Below, one piece after another: positions 38,575-47,015 of a DNA stretch of 53,907 bases; positions within the stretch are counted from its first letter, which is position 1, and the number at the start of each line of letters is the position of its first letter. The DNA is from Bdellovibrionales bacterium. Lineage in GTDB: Bacteria; Bdellovibrionota; Bdellovibrionia; Bdellovibrionales; UBA1609. Location of the stretch: the NCBI GenBank assembly GCA_050246815.1, contig JBFWVI010000020.1, forward strand, positions 1-53,907, written 5' to 3'. The notes under the pieces were generated by a model that made no database searches, had not been told where the DNA came from, and saw only the letters and a program-made list of their open reading frames with translations. The position numbers were made by a program, and so were the translations under genes.

Positions 38575-39267
38575 TTATTTTGCTGAACTCGCGGGCTTTA
38601 CGGACGCATCGTCTTTTTGTCTTAGCCAATTATCACACTGTTTGGCCTGATATTCTGAGTCACCCAAGTTTTCACTTGTTGCGCCCCTTAAAATTGTGAC
38701 TCGATTCCCGGGCTTCTTGTGGTCCCTTATCAGTTTCATGATTTCGTCATCTGTTATTCTTTTATTCGGCGTTTGAAAGGCCACAAATTCAACACTCTCC
38801 ACCCCAGGTTCTTTGGCGAACTCTAGTTTATATTCAACCCAATAAAGAGTGGTTCCGGGTGGATACGATTTTCCAAATGTCGCCAAATTTTTGCTTCCGC
38901 AATTATCTCGAGATCGTAAGTTGGCCGCTTGCTTATCTGCTCTTTTTTCCGGAAGAAGATTTTTACACATTGATGTGCCGGGAGCGTCCAAGCAGCCGGG
39001 CACCCAGACATCTTGCGATGCTAAATCAGAATTTCTAATCGGTAAATCTGCGAGCCTGCAGCGACATTCTCCGGTTGTCGCATTATCAACTTGAGCCTGG
39101 CTTCGCCAGCACCAACCAGTTTTCAGCTTACATATGTCCCCCGCCTTATGGGGAGGAATTTGAGCATGACTAGCTTGAACAAATCCCGCGCTAATCACAA
39201 ACAGCGCAAAGTATTTTACATTCATACACCAGGCCTTCCATGTGCATAGAGAAAGGTCGCCATCCAT
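38575..39267 (-). CDS. Secreted Cys-rich hypothetical protein
   Basis: Signal ending ASHA; 8 Cys in the mature region; start at 39267 or 39225. Confidence 0.7.
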   Translation of the reverse strand: MDGDLSLCTWKAWCMNVKYFALFVISAGFVQASHAQIPPHKAGDICKLKTGWCWRSQAQVDNATTGECRCRLADLPIRNSDLASQDVWVPGCLDAPGTSMCKNLLPEKRADKQAANLRSRDNCGSKNLATFGKSYPPGTTLYWVEYKLEFAKEPGVESVEFVAFQTPNKRITDDEIMKLIRDHKKPGNRVTILRGATSENLGDSEYQAKQCDNWLRQKDDASVKPASSAK

Positions 39268-39401
39268 ATGATTCGCCTCTTGTTAATTTTCGGTAAATGT
39301 TGGACTGAACTAAACACGCCCTAGGTCGTGTAAATGAAACTCAATGACGTTATATCTGTTCGATTTACTTCCTCTAAATAGTTTGATAGCCACGAGGCTC
39401 G

Positions 39402-39782
39402 ATGTTTGATCAGTTTGAGCCTAGCGAGCGTTACTTTCGCTACTTAATGATTTCCTGGATTACCTTTTCGGCTTGGGCTATCGTCCTGCAATCGTTATTC
39501 AGAAAAAGGCTCGCCGCGATCACCTCCTGGAATTATTCGCCAGGATGGCAAACAGAAATTGCCCTCTGGAATGTCGGTGCGGTCGTGCTGTTGGCGTTAA
39601 GTTTAATTGCTAAAAATCAGATTGCACATATCACGGTGCCCGTGATCTGCGTCTGGTCGACGCTTTTCGGAATTAATCACTTAATCGCATATGTTCGGAC
39701 TTCTGCACGCGGGCATCTGAATGCGGCCATCCTTAATTTAGGCGCGGTAGTTTGGGCCGCAGTCATACTGTTCACAACTTGA
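39402..39782 (+). CDS. Small 4-TM membrane protein (DUF6790-like)
   Basis: GAGG RBS; four hydrophobic helices; GWQTEIALWNVG. Confidence 0.65.
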   Translation: MFDQFEPSERYFRYLMISWITFSAWAIVLQSLFRKRLAAITSWNYSPGWQTEIALWNVGAVVLLALSLIAKNQIAHITVPVICVWSTLFGINHLIAYVRTSARGHLNAAILNLGAVVWAAVILFTT

Positions 39783-39798
39783 GTCGATTTAAATGAGT

Positions 39799-39931
39799 TG
39801 GCGGAGAGGGAGAGATTGATTCGGGCCATCCTGGCCCTCACCCCCTTCGGGGGCTCTGCGCTTCGCTCCGAGTCCAAAAATCGCATCCTGCGATTCTTGC
39901 CGAACTCTTTGAACGAGTTCCGCCTCTCTCC
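39799..39931 (-). ncRNA. tRNA-Ser-derived structured element ending in GCCA
   Basis: A 20-bp copy of the tRNA 3' end (39798-39817 = 40004-40023), an 83-bp multi-hairpin insert in the T-loop, resumed similarity at 39901, and a 5' GGAGAG able to pair with CUCUCC-GCCA. Confidence 0.55.
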
Positions 39932-39933
39932 TG

Positions 39934-40008
39934 GCCAATCCCAAAAGCAGAAATATCTTTACCCCTCACTTCGCAAAGGGCAAAAATATTTCTGCTTTTG
40001 GGATTGGC
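39934..40008. repeat. Perfect 23-bp inverted repeat overlapping the tRNA 3' end
   Basis: GCCAATCCCAAAAGCAGAAATAT (39934-39956) and its reverse complement (39986-40008). Confidence 0.9.
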
Positions 40009-40095
40009 GGAGAGGGAGAGATTCGAACTCTCGAACGGGGATTAGCCGTCACACGATTTCGAATCGTGCGCCTTCAGCCACTCGGCCACCTCTCC
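40005..40095 (-). tRNA. tRNA-Ser (CGA)
   Basis: Acceptor stem GGAGAGG/CCTCTCC with G-CCA; anticodon arm CACGA-TTCGAAA-TCGTG; long variable arm; GTTCGAATC T-loop. Confidence 0.97.
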
Positions 40096-40219
40096 GGATC
40101 AGAACAAGATCTGCCCTTTTAGCCGATCAGAACTCTGGATTCAAGCCTTCGGCCTTATTTAAAGCGAATTCCAGCGGCCTTCGTGGCGCCTAAATGGAGT
40201 TTCATTGGCCGAAATCGGC

Positions 40220-40585
40220 TTAGCCGAAGAGAGCCGGCGCCGCAAAAGCAAAACCAATGCCGACAATATAAAGGCCAAGCGAAATAAAATATGTGATCTT
40301 TGACCAGCGGCGAGCAGAAGCGCAGGCTTGCGCCATCTGGACATCTGCTGGGCATGCTTGCACGCGGCTTCGCCATTGCATCACCCCGGCCATCACCAAC
40401 ATCGCCGCCGCAAAGCTGAACACGATCAGTTTGTGCTCAGAAAACCAGACCAGCTGCGGCACATGGGAAATCAAGCCCGCAAATACCGCGCCGAACCCCA
40501 ACACCACAAACAAGGCGGGCAAAGCGCAGCACACCAATGTGCTCAGTGCAGAAAACAAGGTTAAAAAGGAAAGCGCTCGCCCCAT
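40220..40585 (-). CDS. MerT/MerC-like metal transporter (3 TM)
   Basis: TLVCCALPALF CC motif in TM1; loop Cys pair ACPADVQMAQAC. Confidence 0.8.
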   Translation of the reverse strand: MGRALSFLTLFSALSTLVCCALPALFVVLGFGAVFAGLISHVPQLVWFSEHKLIVFSFAAAMLVMAGVMQWRSRVQACPADVQMAQACASARRWSKITYFISLGLYIVGIGFAFAAPALFG

Positions 40586-40588
40586 TCT

Positions 40589-40867
40589 TTACTGCCACAC
40601 AATCTTGTCGACGGTGACGCCAGCTTTGGTGATGACTTCGGAAATTTGATTATCTGAAAGCTGCTGTCCCTCTTTCAAGGCAACTGTGATGATCTTACTT
40701 TCCATGCTGACATCCACCTTTTCGACTTCGGGAAATTCTTTGAAACCTTTGGTGATACCTTGGCTGCAAAAGGCGCAGACCATGCCATTGACATGCACCT
40801 TCGCTTGTTTGGCAAAGGCCATTTGGTTAAAAAGCATTAGCACGATTGCGATCATCCATTTTTGCAT
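40589..40867 (-). CDS. Periplasmic HMA-domain metal chaperone (MerP/CopZ-like)
   Basis: Signal ending AFA; GMVCAFC motif; AGGAGG RBS. Confidence 0.9.
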   Translation of the reverse strand: MQKWMIAIVLMLFNQMAFAKQAKVHVNGMVCAFCSQGITKGFKEFPEVEKVDVSMESKIITVALKEGQQLSDNQISEVITKAGVTVDKIVWQ

Positions 40868-40881
40868 CGGGTCCTCCTGAT

Positions 40882-41523
40882 TTAAAAGTGCACCATAAAA
40901 TTCAGCATAAAATCGCCATCGAAGCTTGAGCCCATTTCCCACAAAACGTTGCGATAAAAAAAACGCACCAACGGAGTCAAGACTTCTTTGCTGACCATCT
41001 GCGGTCTATATTGATACTGCAACATCAGCCACGAGGCAATTTCATTGAACTCGGCCTCATACGGGGCCGCACCTAAGCGAAATTCATACAACTCGAAGTC
41101 TTGATTGTGGCTCGAACGCATACCTTCGCCGCGGCCCCAAATGAAAAGCTTACGACTTTCGGCATCCGCCTCGAGACCCCAGACCCCTACTGTTCCGGAT
41201 TGCCCAAGGTGCTCATGGGAACCAAAACCGCCATAAAGATAAACATTCGCCTGCGAGTTTTTTTGATTCCAACGTTTCACTAGCCAATTGAATTGGCCCA
41301 TATTCATCTTGGATAGACCACTGCGCGTTTGCACACGCATATGGCGGGCCGCCAAGGCTTTGTCATAACGAAAGGAATAGACCACCCACAAATCATTTTG
41401 ATCCGGTTGGTTCCAGGTCATCACCGCCAAGCTGTCTTGGTAAGAGGTGGGGTGGGCTAAGGCTTGGCTGACCAAGAGGCCCATCTGCAAAGCGACCAAG
41501 ATTAACGTGAGCTTCGATTTCAT
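40882..41523 (-). CDS. Outer-membrane beta-barrel associated with the metal operon
   Basis: Signal ending ALA-H; amphipathic strands; C-terminal MLNFMVHF. Confidence 0.7.
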   Translation of the reverse strand: MKSKLTLILVALQMGLLVSQALAHPTSYQDSLAVMTWNQPDQNDLWVVYSFRYDKALAARHMRVQTRSGLSKMNMGQFNWLVKRWNQKNSQANVYLYGGFGSHEHLGQSGTVGVWGLEADAESRKLFIWGRGEGMRSSHNQDFELYEFRLGAAPYEAEFNEIASWLMLQYQYRPQMVSKEVLTPLVRFFYRNVLWEMGSSFDGDFMLNFMVHF

Positions 41524-41772
41524 TGCCTTTGCCTTTTGGCATAAAGGTCTAGTTCTGCCAATGATTCGCTCTGATATTCTCAATTCAAAATCATTTGGAT
41601 TTTGTCGCTCAGTTAAACAGGGCCAAAGTGCTGAACACTTTCTGGTAAATTTTAAATCGTTTCAGCATGAGAATCCCCTGAACATTCAAAGTCTTGATGC
41701 GAGTGCGTCAAAACTCCAAGACTTGGCCAAGGTCTTGCTCTAGCAAGTCGATGCACCTTGAGGGGGGTAGAC

Positions 41773-42957
41773 ATGATCAAACTCGTCCAGACAACTAAAT
41801 CCATCGTCGCTTTAATAGCCGCAGTTTCGCTTCTAAGTGGTTGTTCGGATAAGGTCAGCTTCTCGTCGTCGGCACAAAAGGCCACGGCAACGGATGATGA
41901 GGGCACCTATATTGATCCAGATGCTCCCATGATCCCAGATCCAGATCAGCCGCCAGTGGTGGATCCACCTCCTGTTGTCGGCCCGCCACCCGTTGAGCCC
42001 CCACCGGTCACACCGCCGCCTGTTGAGCCTCCACCCGTCGTTGATCCCCCACCCGTTGTGGGTCCTCCTCCTGTCGAGCCACCCCCTGTGACACCACCGC
42101 CGGTTGAACCTCCGCCCGTGGTACTGCCTCCGCCGGTGGTCGTGATTCCGCCGCTAGAAACGTTGGACCTGGCCTGCCCAACTGGACGAAATGGCAGCGG
42201 CGCCTTAACAAGTTGCTTAAGCTGCCCGGCGCCGGTTGTTGAACCTGATCTGTCAAGCAAAGCTAAGCGTTTATTGGACACCATGGAACGCGCCTGCCAA
42301 GTCCCAAACAGAGGTGCACCCGAAGGCTATGTGGCGCCCACCCGCGCCGAGCTGATGCATCGTCTGCGCGCGTGCTCGCCGCAGATTTATCCAGACACTG
42401 TCTTAACCCCAGAAGAAACCGGCGTGATCCCGCCGCTCGCTTCGGGCGACGCCGCACTTTTGCGTCGTATGTTCGGCGGCTTGTGGTATCAACCTCCTTA
42501 CTCAGATGCTTTTGATCACTACTTTGGCTTGGGCGTTGAAGAGGCCGTTCCCTTATTCTGTTACAAAACCAAAACCGCTTTGACCGGCGAACTTTGGAGC
42601 CGCGAAATGTGGGATTGGTCCTTGCGCGGTTTCGTGTGGGAATGGCCGCGCGACCTGCAAGCACTGCATGCCTATTATCAACATGTGCGTTCAGGCTTAG
42701 TGAAGTGCTTGGATCAAGAAGGCAGCGGCGGCCCCACCGGCGCCATCAACAACGGTTCAATGCCGCAGGCGCCAACGTGCACAGTGAAAGCCTATCGCGG
42801 AGTGAATCGCGCTGAACTACGCAGCCGCACAGCTGAATTATTGGCCAGCGGTCACACGGTAAGCCTTGAAAGCTCAATGGCTTGCATGATTATGAAGGAC
42901 GGCGTGATCGCCGATGGCACAGACAGTCTGAATTTGGTCGGCCTGAAGTGCGAATAG
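41773..42957 (+). CDS. Lipoprotein with a long Pro-rich stalk and a Cys-containing globular domain
   Basis: Lipobox LSG-C; PPPV repeats; GAGGGGG RBS. Confidence 0.8.
   Translation: MIKLVQTTKSIVALIAAVSLLSGCSDKVSFSSSAQKATATDDEGTYIDPDAPMIPDPDQPPVVDPPPVVGPPPVEPPPVTPPPVEPPPVVDPPPVVGPPPVEPPPVTPPPVEPPPVVLPPPVVVIPPLETLDLACPTGRNGSGALTSCLSCPAPVVEPDLSSKAKRLLDTMERACQVPNRGAPEGYVAPTRAELMHRLRACSPQIYPDTVLTPEETGVIPPLASGDAALLRRMFGGLWYQPPYSDAFDHYFGLGVEEAVPLFCYKTKTALTGELWSREMWDWSLRGFVWEWPRDLQALHAYYQHVRSGLVKCLDQEGSGGPTGAINNGSMPQAPTCTVKAYRGVNRAELRSRTAELLASGHTVSLESSMACMIMKDGVIADGTDSLNLVGLKCE
41950..42153 (+). repeat. Pro-rich coding repeat containing two identical 27-aa units
   Basis: PPVVDPPPVVGPPPVEPPPVTPPPVEP at 41950-42030 and 42031-42111. 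Confidence 0.9.
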
Positions 42958-42983
42958 CCGCCTTCGCTTAAAACACAAAACAC

Positions 42984-43014
42984 GCCAAGGCCCTTGTCAG
43001 GGCCTTTGGCTTTT
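42984..43014. terminator. Probable bidirectional intrinsic terminator
   Basis: GCCAAGGCCCT-TGTC-AGGGCCTTTGGC hairpin with T tracts on both strands, between convergent genes. Confidence 0.55.
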
Positions 43015-43521
43015 GTCGTCGGGACCACCGCCCGCTTCACGTTCTGGAAAATCACTTAACTCATCGCTCGCGCCACAAGCATTGCCATGATCTTCACAAG
43101 CGTACCAGGGATGTCTGGAAAGGCCTTCGTGCCCGATTCGCTCCAGTGCGCCATCATCGGTAGCCACGGGCTGAGTGCACATCGGCTGCCCGCCACTAAA
43201 ACCCTCACATTTTTCAAACATAGCCAAGCGGACGTTTTCGCCGATTTGTTCGCAATGCGTTTTGCCGCACTGATAATCCACGTAGCCGTATTCGTAGCGA
43301 TGCTCGCCCCACTTAGCGATATAAAACCGCCGCGCAATTTGGACGCCACCGGCCTTCGACACAACTTCGGCCGCCGTCTGCGCCAGCACAGGATGATCAA
43401 ATGGCGCAATGCTTTTGAGCCTTGGTACCCGGGGTCTTGGGGCGCTGAGAGGTCGGTCACAATCGGCGGCCCAGGTCGCCGCGGTGAGCAGGCACATCAG
43501 TCCCAGAAATGCGTTTTTCAT
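42997..43521 (-). CDS. Secreted Cys-rich hypothetical protein
   Basis: GGAGGG RBS; signal ending ATWA; several Cys pairs. Confidence 0.7.
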   Translation of the reverse strand: MKNAFLGLMCLLTAATWAADCDRPLSAPRPRVPRLKSIAPFDHPVLAQTAAEVVSKAGGVQIARRFYIAKWGEHRYEYGYVDYQCGKTHCEQIGENVRLAMFEKCEGFSGGQPMCTQPVATDDGALERIGHEGLSRHPWYACEDHGNACGASDELSDFPEREAGGGPDDKSQRP

Positions 43522-43621
43522 TATCCCCTCCGCCTTAAGCTGGGTAAGCCTGGCGAAGATCCTTGCCACTGACTAGTTTGGCGTTCGTTTTGTATTTTTT
43601 TTGCATAAGGAGGCCCTGCGT

Positions 43622-44506
43622 CTAAAAGATGCTTTGTAGGTTCACGCTTAAAAAATCCAAAATCGCACGGGTGCTTTTGGGCAGATACTTTTGTTGGGGG
43701 TACACTAAATGGACGGGGTTTTTGTCGGTGCTCCACGAGTCCAGCACGTGCACCAGGCGGTTTTTTTCGACATCTTCTTGGCACAAAAACGACGGCAGCA
43801 GCGCCACGCCATAGCCTTCCACCGCCATGCGGTGAATTGCGATTAAGTTATTGGCGGCAAACGGTCCTTGCACTTTGATTTTTTGCACCGTCTCGCCGCG
43901 CCGGAGAAACCAATAATCTGTGGTTAAAATACTGAAAATCAAACAGTGGTGCGCTTCTAAGTCTTGAGGGCGCTTAAGCGGAGCTGCTTTTTTAAGATAG
44001 GCCGGCGCCGCATAAAGCTGAAATCCAGCCGTGCCAATTTTTTTAGAGATCAGGCTTGAATCCTTGAGTTGACCCATACGAATGGCTAAGTCGACGCCCT
44101 CACCAATCAAATCCACCAGACGATCCGTCAACAGCAACTCCACCTTGATTTTGGGGTGTTTTTTTAAAAACTCCGCCAGAACTTCGGTCAAAGTGCTCAT
44201 GCCCATTTCAACCGGAGCGGTGATTTTCACCTTTCCTTGAACTTCTTCTTGTCCTAAAGCGGTAGCCACCTCGGCCTGCTGCAATTCAGAGACTGCCTTA
44301 ACCGCATGCTCAAAGTAGGCCACCCCAGAGTCGGTGAGGTGAAGTTTTCGGGTGGTGCGCTTCAGCAAAGAGACCCCTAAGCGCTTCTCAAGAGCGGCCA
44401 CCTTGGCGCTAACGGTGGAAATCGGCATGTCCAACTGCTTGGCGGCTTGCGAAAAGCTACCCGCCTGTATCACTTTGACAAAAACCAAGGCGGCGTTCAA
44501 ATCCAT
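43622..44506 (-). CDS. LysR-family regulator (CrgA/DmlR-like)
   Basis: HTH GSFSQAAKQL...LEKRLGVSLLKRTTRKL; DLIGEGVDLAIR. Confidence 0.96.
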   Translation of the reverse strand: MDLNAALVFVKVIQAGSFSQAAKQLDMPISTVSAKVAALEKRLGVSLLKRTTRKLHLTDSGVAYFEHAVKAVSELQQAEVATALGQEEVQGKVKITAPVEMGMSTLTEVLAEFLKKHPKIKVELLLTDRLVDLIGEGVDLAIRMGQLKDSSLISKKIGTAGFQLYAAPAYLKKAAPLKRPQDLEAHHCLIFSILTTDYWFLRRGETVQKIKVQGPFAANNLIAIHRMAVEGYGVALLPSFLCQEDVEKNRLVHVLDSWSTDKNPVHLVYPQQKYLPKSTRAILDFLSVNLQSIF

Positions 44507-44599
44507 GGGTATACAATTTCCTTACATTCTATTGTATTGGAATATCTTTACAGAAAATACAGTCTAATAGAATATCAAAAAAGGCACTAGATTAAACCC

Positions 44600-45397
44600 A
44601 TGAGCGATAAGTTACCCACAATATTCATTGGTCACGGCAGCCCGATGAACGCGATACAAGACAACGACTACACCAAAGCGCTGGCGACATTGGGACACAG
44701 CCTGCCCAAACCAAAAGCCATTTTGATGGTGTCGGCCCATTGGATGACGGCGGGCACTTGGGTGACTCATATGTCAGCACCCAAAACTATTCATGATTTT
44801 CATGGCTTTCCCCCAGAGCTCTTTGATGTGCAGTACCCGGCCGCTGGCGAACCTCAGCTTGCTGAATCCATCCACAAGATGATCGACGATCCGCCGATTT
44901 ACTTAGATGAGTCGTCATGGGGACTTGATCACGGCACCTGGGCCGTGTTGAAGCATCTGTACCCCGCGGCCGATATCCCGGTTGTGCAACTAAGCTTGGA
45001 CATGACCCAGCCGCCTGAATTTCACTTTGCAATGGGTAAGCGACTTCGTGCTTTGCGCGAGCAGGATGTTTTGGTGCTGGGCAGCGGCAACATTGTGCAC
45101 AACTTAAGAAAGCTCACTTGGAGCAATCCCGAAAAAGTCCATGAATGGGCCCAGGCCTTTGACACGCAAGTGAAAAAGCAGCTGCTGACGCGCGATTACC
45201 AGCCCTTGCTGGGCGCGATTTTGCAGAGCGAGAATGGCCGCTTAAGTGTCCCGACACCCGATCACTATTACCCCTTGCTTTATATCTTGGGAGCATCGGA
45301 TGATCATGAATCCCTGAATTTTGTCTATGAAGGAATGGAACTGGGCGCAATATCAATGCGAACTTTAATCTTTGGCCAACACCAAAAACACAACTGA
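44600..45397 (+). CDS. ygiD: 4,5-DOPA extradiol dioxygenase (LigB family)
   Basis: FIGHGSPMNAI, SAHW, HDF.GFP, WGLDHGTW and PTPDHYYPL. Confidence 0.93.
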   Translation: MSDKLPTIFIGHGSPMNAIQDNDYTKALATLGHSLPKPKAILMVSAHWMTAGTWVTHMSAPKTIHDFHGFPPELFDVQYPAAGEPQLAESIHKMIDDPPIYLDESSWGLDHGTWAVLKHLYPAADIPVVQLSLDMTQPPEFHFAMGKRLRALREQDVLVLGSGNIVHNLRKLTWSNPEKVHEWAQAFDTQVKKQLLTRDYQPLLGAILQSENGRLSVPTPDHYYPLLYILGASDDHESLNFVYEGMELGAISMRTLIFGQHQKHN

Positions 45398-45408
45398 AGG
45401 AGTATCTT

Positions 45409-45999
45409 ATGCACAAAACAATTTTAGCCGCCGTCTTGCTGATCCTTAGCGCACAAGTCAGCGCGGAAACCCTGAATGTGGACACCAAAGCCAGCAGCGT
45501 GGCTTGGACTGGAACAAAAAAGATCGGCAGCGCACACAATGGAACAGTCGCGTTGAAAGAAGGCAAGATTGATGTGAACGCCAAAGGCGAAATCACCGGC
45601 GGAATGCTGGTCGTCGACATGACCACCATCGCCAACGTGGACCTGAAGGATGATCCAGAAAACCAAACGAAGTTAATCACCCATCTGTCCAGCGCTGATT
45701 TTTTCGATGTTAAAAACCATCCCACCGCCACCTTCAAGCTGAAAAGCGTGACCAAAAAAGATGGCGACAACTACGAAGTAAAGGGTAATTTCACCATGAT
45801 CGGAAAAACCAAACCCATCAGCTTTCCGGCCAAGCTAAAGGCGAGCAAAGAGGCCGTCGACGGCGAAGCCACTGTGGAAATCGACCGCACCTTGTGGGGT
45901 TTGAAATACAACTCGGGTGATTTCTTTAAAGATTTGGCCGCCGATCGAATCATCAATAACAAATTTAAATTGGCCATTAAAGTTGCGGCTAAGAAATAG
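45409..45999 (+). CDS. YceI-family periplasmic lipid/isoprenoid-binding protein
   Basis: Signal peptide; HLSSADFFDVKNHPTATF, GNFTMIG and IDRTLWG. Confidence 0.92.
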   Translation: MHKTILAAVLLILSAQVSAETLNVDTKASSVAWTGTKKIGSAHNGTVALKEGKIDVNAKGEITGGMLVVDMTTIANVDLKDDPENQTKLITHLSSADFFDVKNHPTATFKLKSVTKKDGDNYEVKGNFTMIGKTKPISFPAKLKASKEAVDGEATVEIDRTLWGLKYNSGDFFKDLAADRIINNKFKLAIKVAAKK

Positions 46000-46016
46000 A
46001 CCCCGCGTATTGTCGG

Positions 46017-47015
46017 TCAGGGTTGGTGCAAAAGCCAGCCCTGTACTAAAGAAGCCTCAACCGTTTCAACCGTCTTAATCTTTAAAGCCCTCATATAACC
46101 CAGCACTAGTGCCAAGTTGCTGATCTCGGTCGCACGATACTCGCTTTCAATTTCTGAATCCTGAAGCGCCGCACGTTGTTCGAGGGCTTTCTTTACCGCG
46201 GTCTCAGAAAACTCTTTTTTATCTTTCGCCACTTGCTTTTGCACAGACAGCGCCAGCACCCCGCCAAGGCCCACCCACCGTGCACTGCCGGCCTTTTTCT
46301 TAAAATATTCCGGCACATTGGATTTTGCATGATCCGCCGCCAACGCTACGGCGCCCGCCGATTGCGCGCCCAAAGGATTGGGAGAATAGACCTGGGCCGG
46401 ATTCTGATTTTTCAATTCGCGAATGATGCGATTCTTAAAGGTGACGGCGGCCAAATCGCCCATGAACACCTGATTTTGATCTTTGCCTTTGGACCACATC
46501 TGCATCGAGCCTCCGCCGATATCCCACACAATCACAGGCTTGGCGGCGGCGGTTTTTTTGGGGGGTAGTTGTGCGAGCGCCGACTGCGCACCAATTTCGG
46601 CTTCTTCCTGCTGGCTTAAGATCTTAACTGTGATTTGACTTTGTTTTGCGATTTCGGCGGCCGCGGCAGGGCCATTCGCTGCGGCACGAAATGCCGCTGT
46701 CGCCACCGCATCAATGCGTTCCAGCCGCTTTTCTTTCATTTCCTTTACTAGGTTCGAAATTTTTTTACCCGCGGCCTGGGCGAAAGACAGCGGGATTTCA
46801 TTCTTGGGGTCATGTTCACGCGTGTCACCAAAGGCGATCGGAATTTTTTGATCAAACAGGGTTTCCACGATTTTCTTTTTGCAGACGTCCACAACGGCGG
46901 CGAAGGCCTTGGTCGCGCCTGAGCCAATATCCAAAGCACCGCGCCTCTTAAGACATGGATCGGCAGAGGCCGTTGCGCAAAGAAGGCCAAAAACAAAAAT
47001 TAGAGTTTTGCTCAC
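46017..47015 (-). CDS. Ppx/GppA-like ASKHA phosphatase with a signal peptide
   Basis: ALDIGSG, ATAAFR, ILSQQEEA and WDIGGGSMQ; N-terminal MSKTLIFVFGLLCATASA. Confidence 0.85.
   Translation of the reverse strand: MSKTLIFVFGLLCATASADPCLKRRGALDIGSGATKAFAAVVDVCKKKIVETLFDQKIPIAFGDTREHDPKNEIPLSFAQAAGKKISNLVKEMKEKRLERIDAVATAAFRAAANGPAAAAEIAKQSQITVKILSQQEEAEIGAQSALAQLPPKKTAAAKPVIVWDIGGGSMQMWSKGKDQNQVFMGDLAAVTFKNRIIRELKNQNPAQVYSPNPLGAQSAGAVALAADHAKSNVPEYFKKKAGSARWVGLGGVLALSVQKQVAKDKKEFSETAVKKALEQRAALQDSEIESEYRATEISNLALVLGYMRALKIKTVETVEASLVQGWLLHQP

Noticed and set aside
39798..40023. attL/attR pair of an integrated prophage or ICE
   Set aside because: The 20-bp repeats are only about 200 bp apart with no integrase or cargo between them; treated as a structured tRNA-linked element instead.
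39798..40193. 131-aa ORF on the plus strand
   Set aside because: It runs antisense across tRNA-Ser and its repeat; spurious.
40220..41523. Mercury-resistance (mer) operon
   Set aside because: No merA, merR or transposon context in the window.
41946..42284. Gly/Thr-rich ORF on the minus strand
   Set aside because: It is the antisense mirror of the Pro-rich repeat in the lipoprotein gene.
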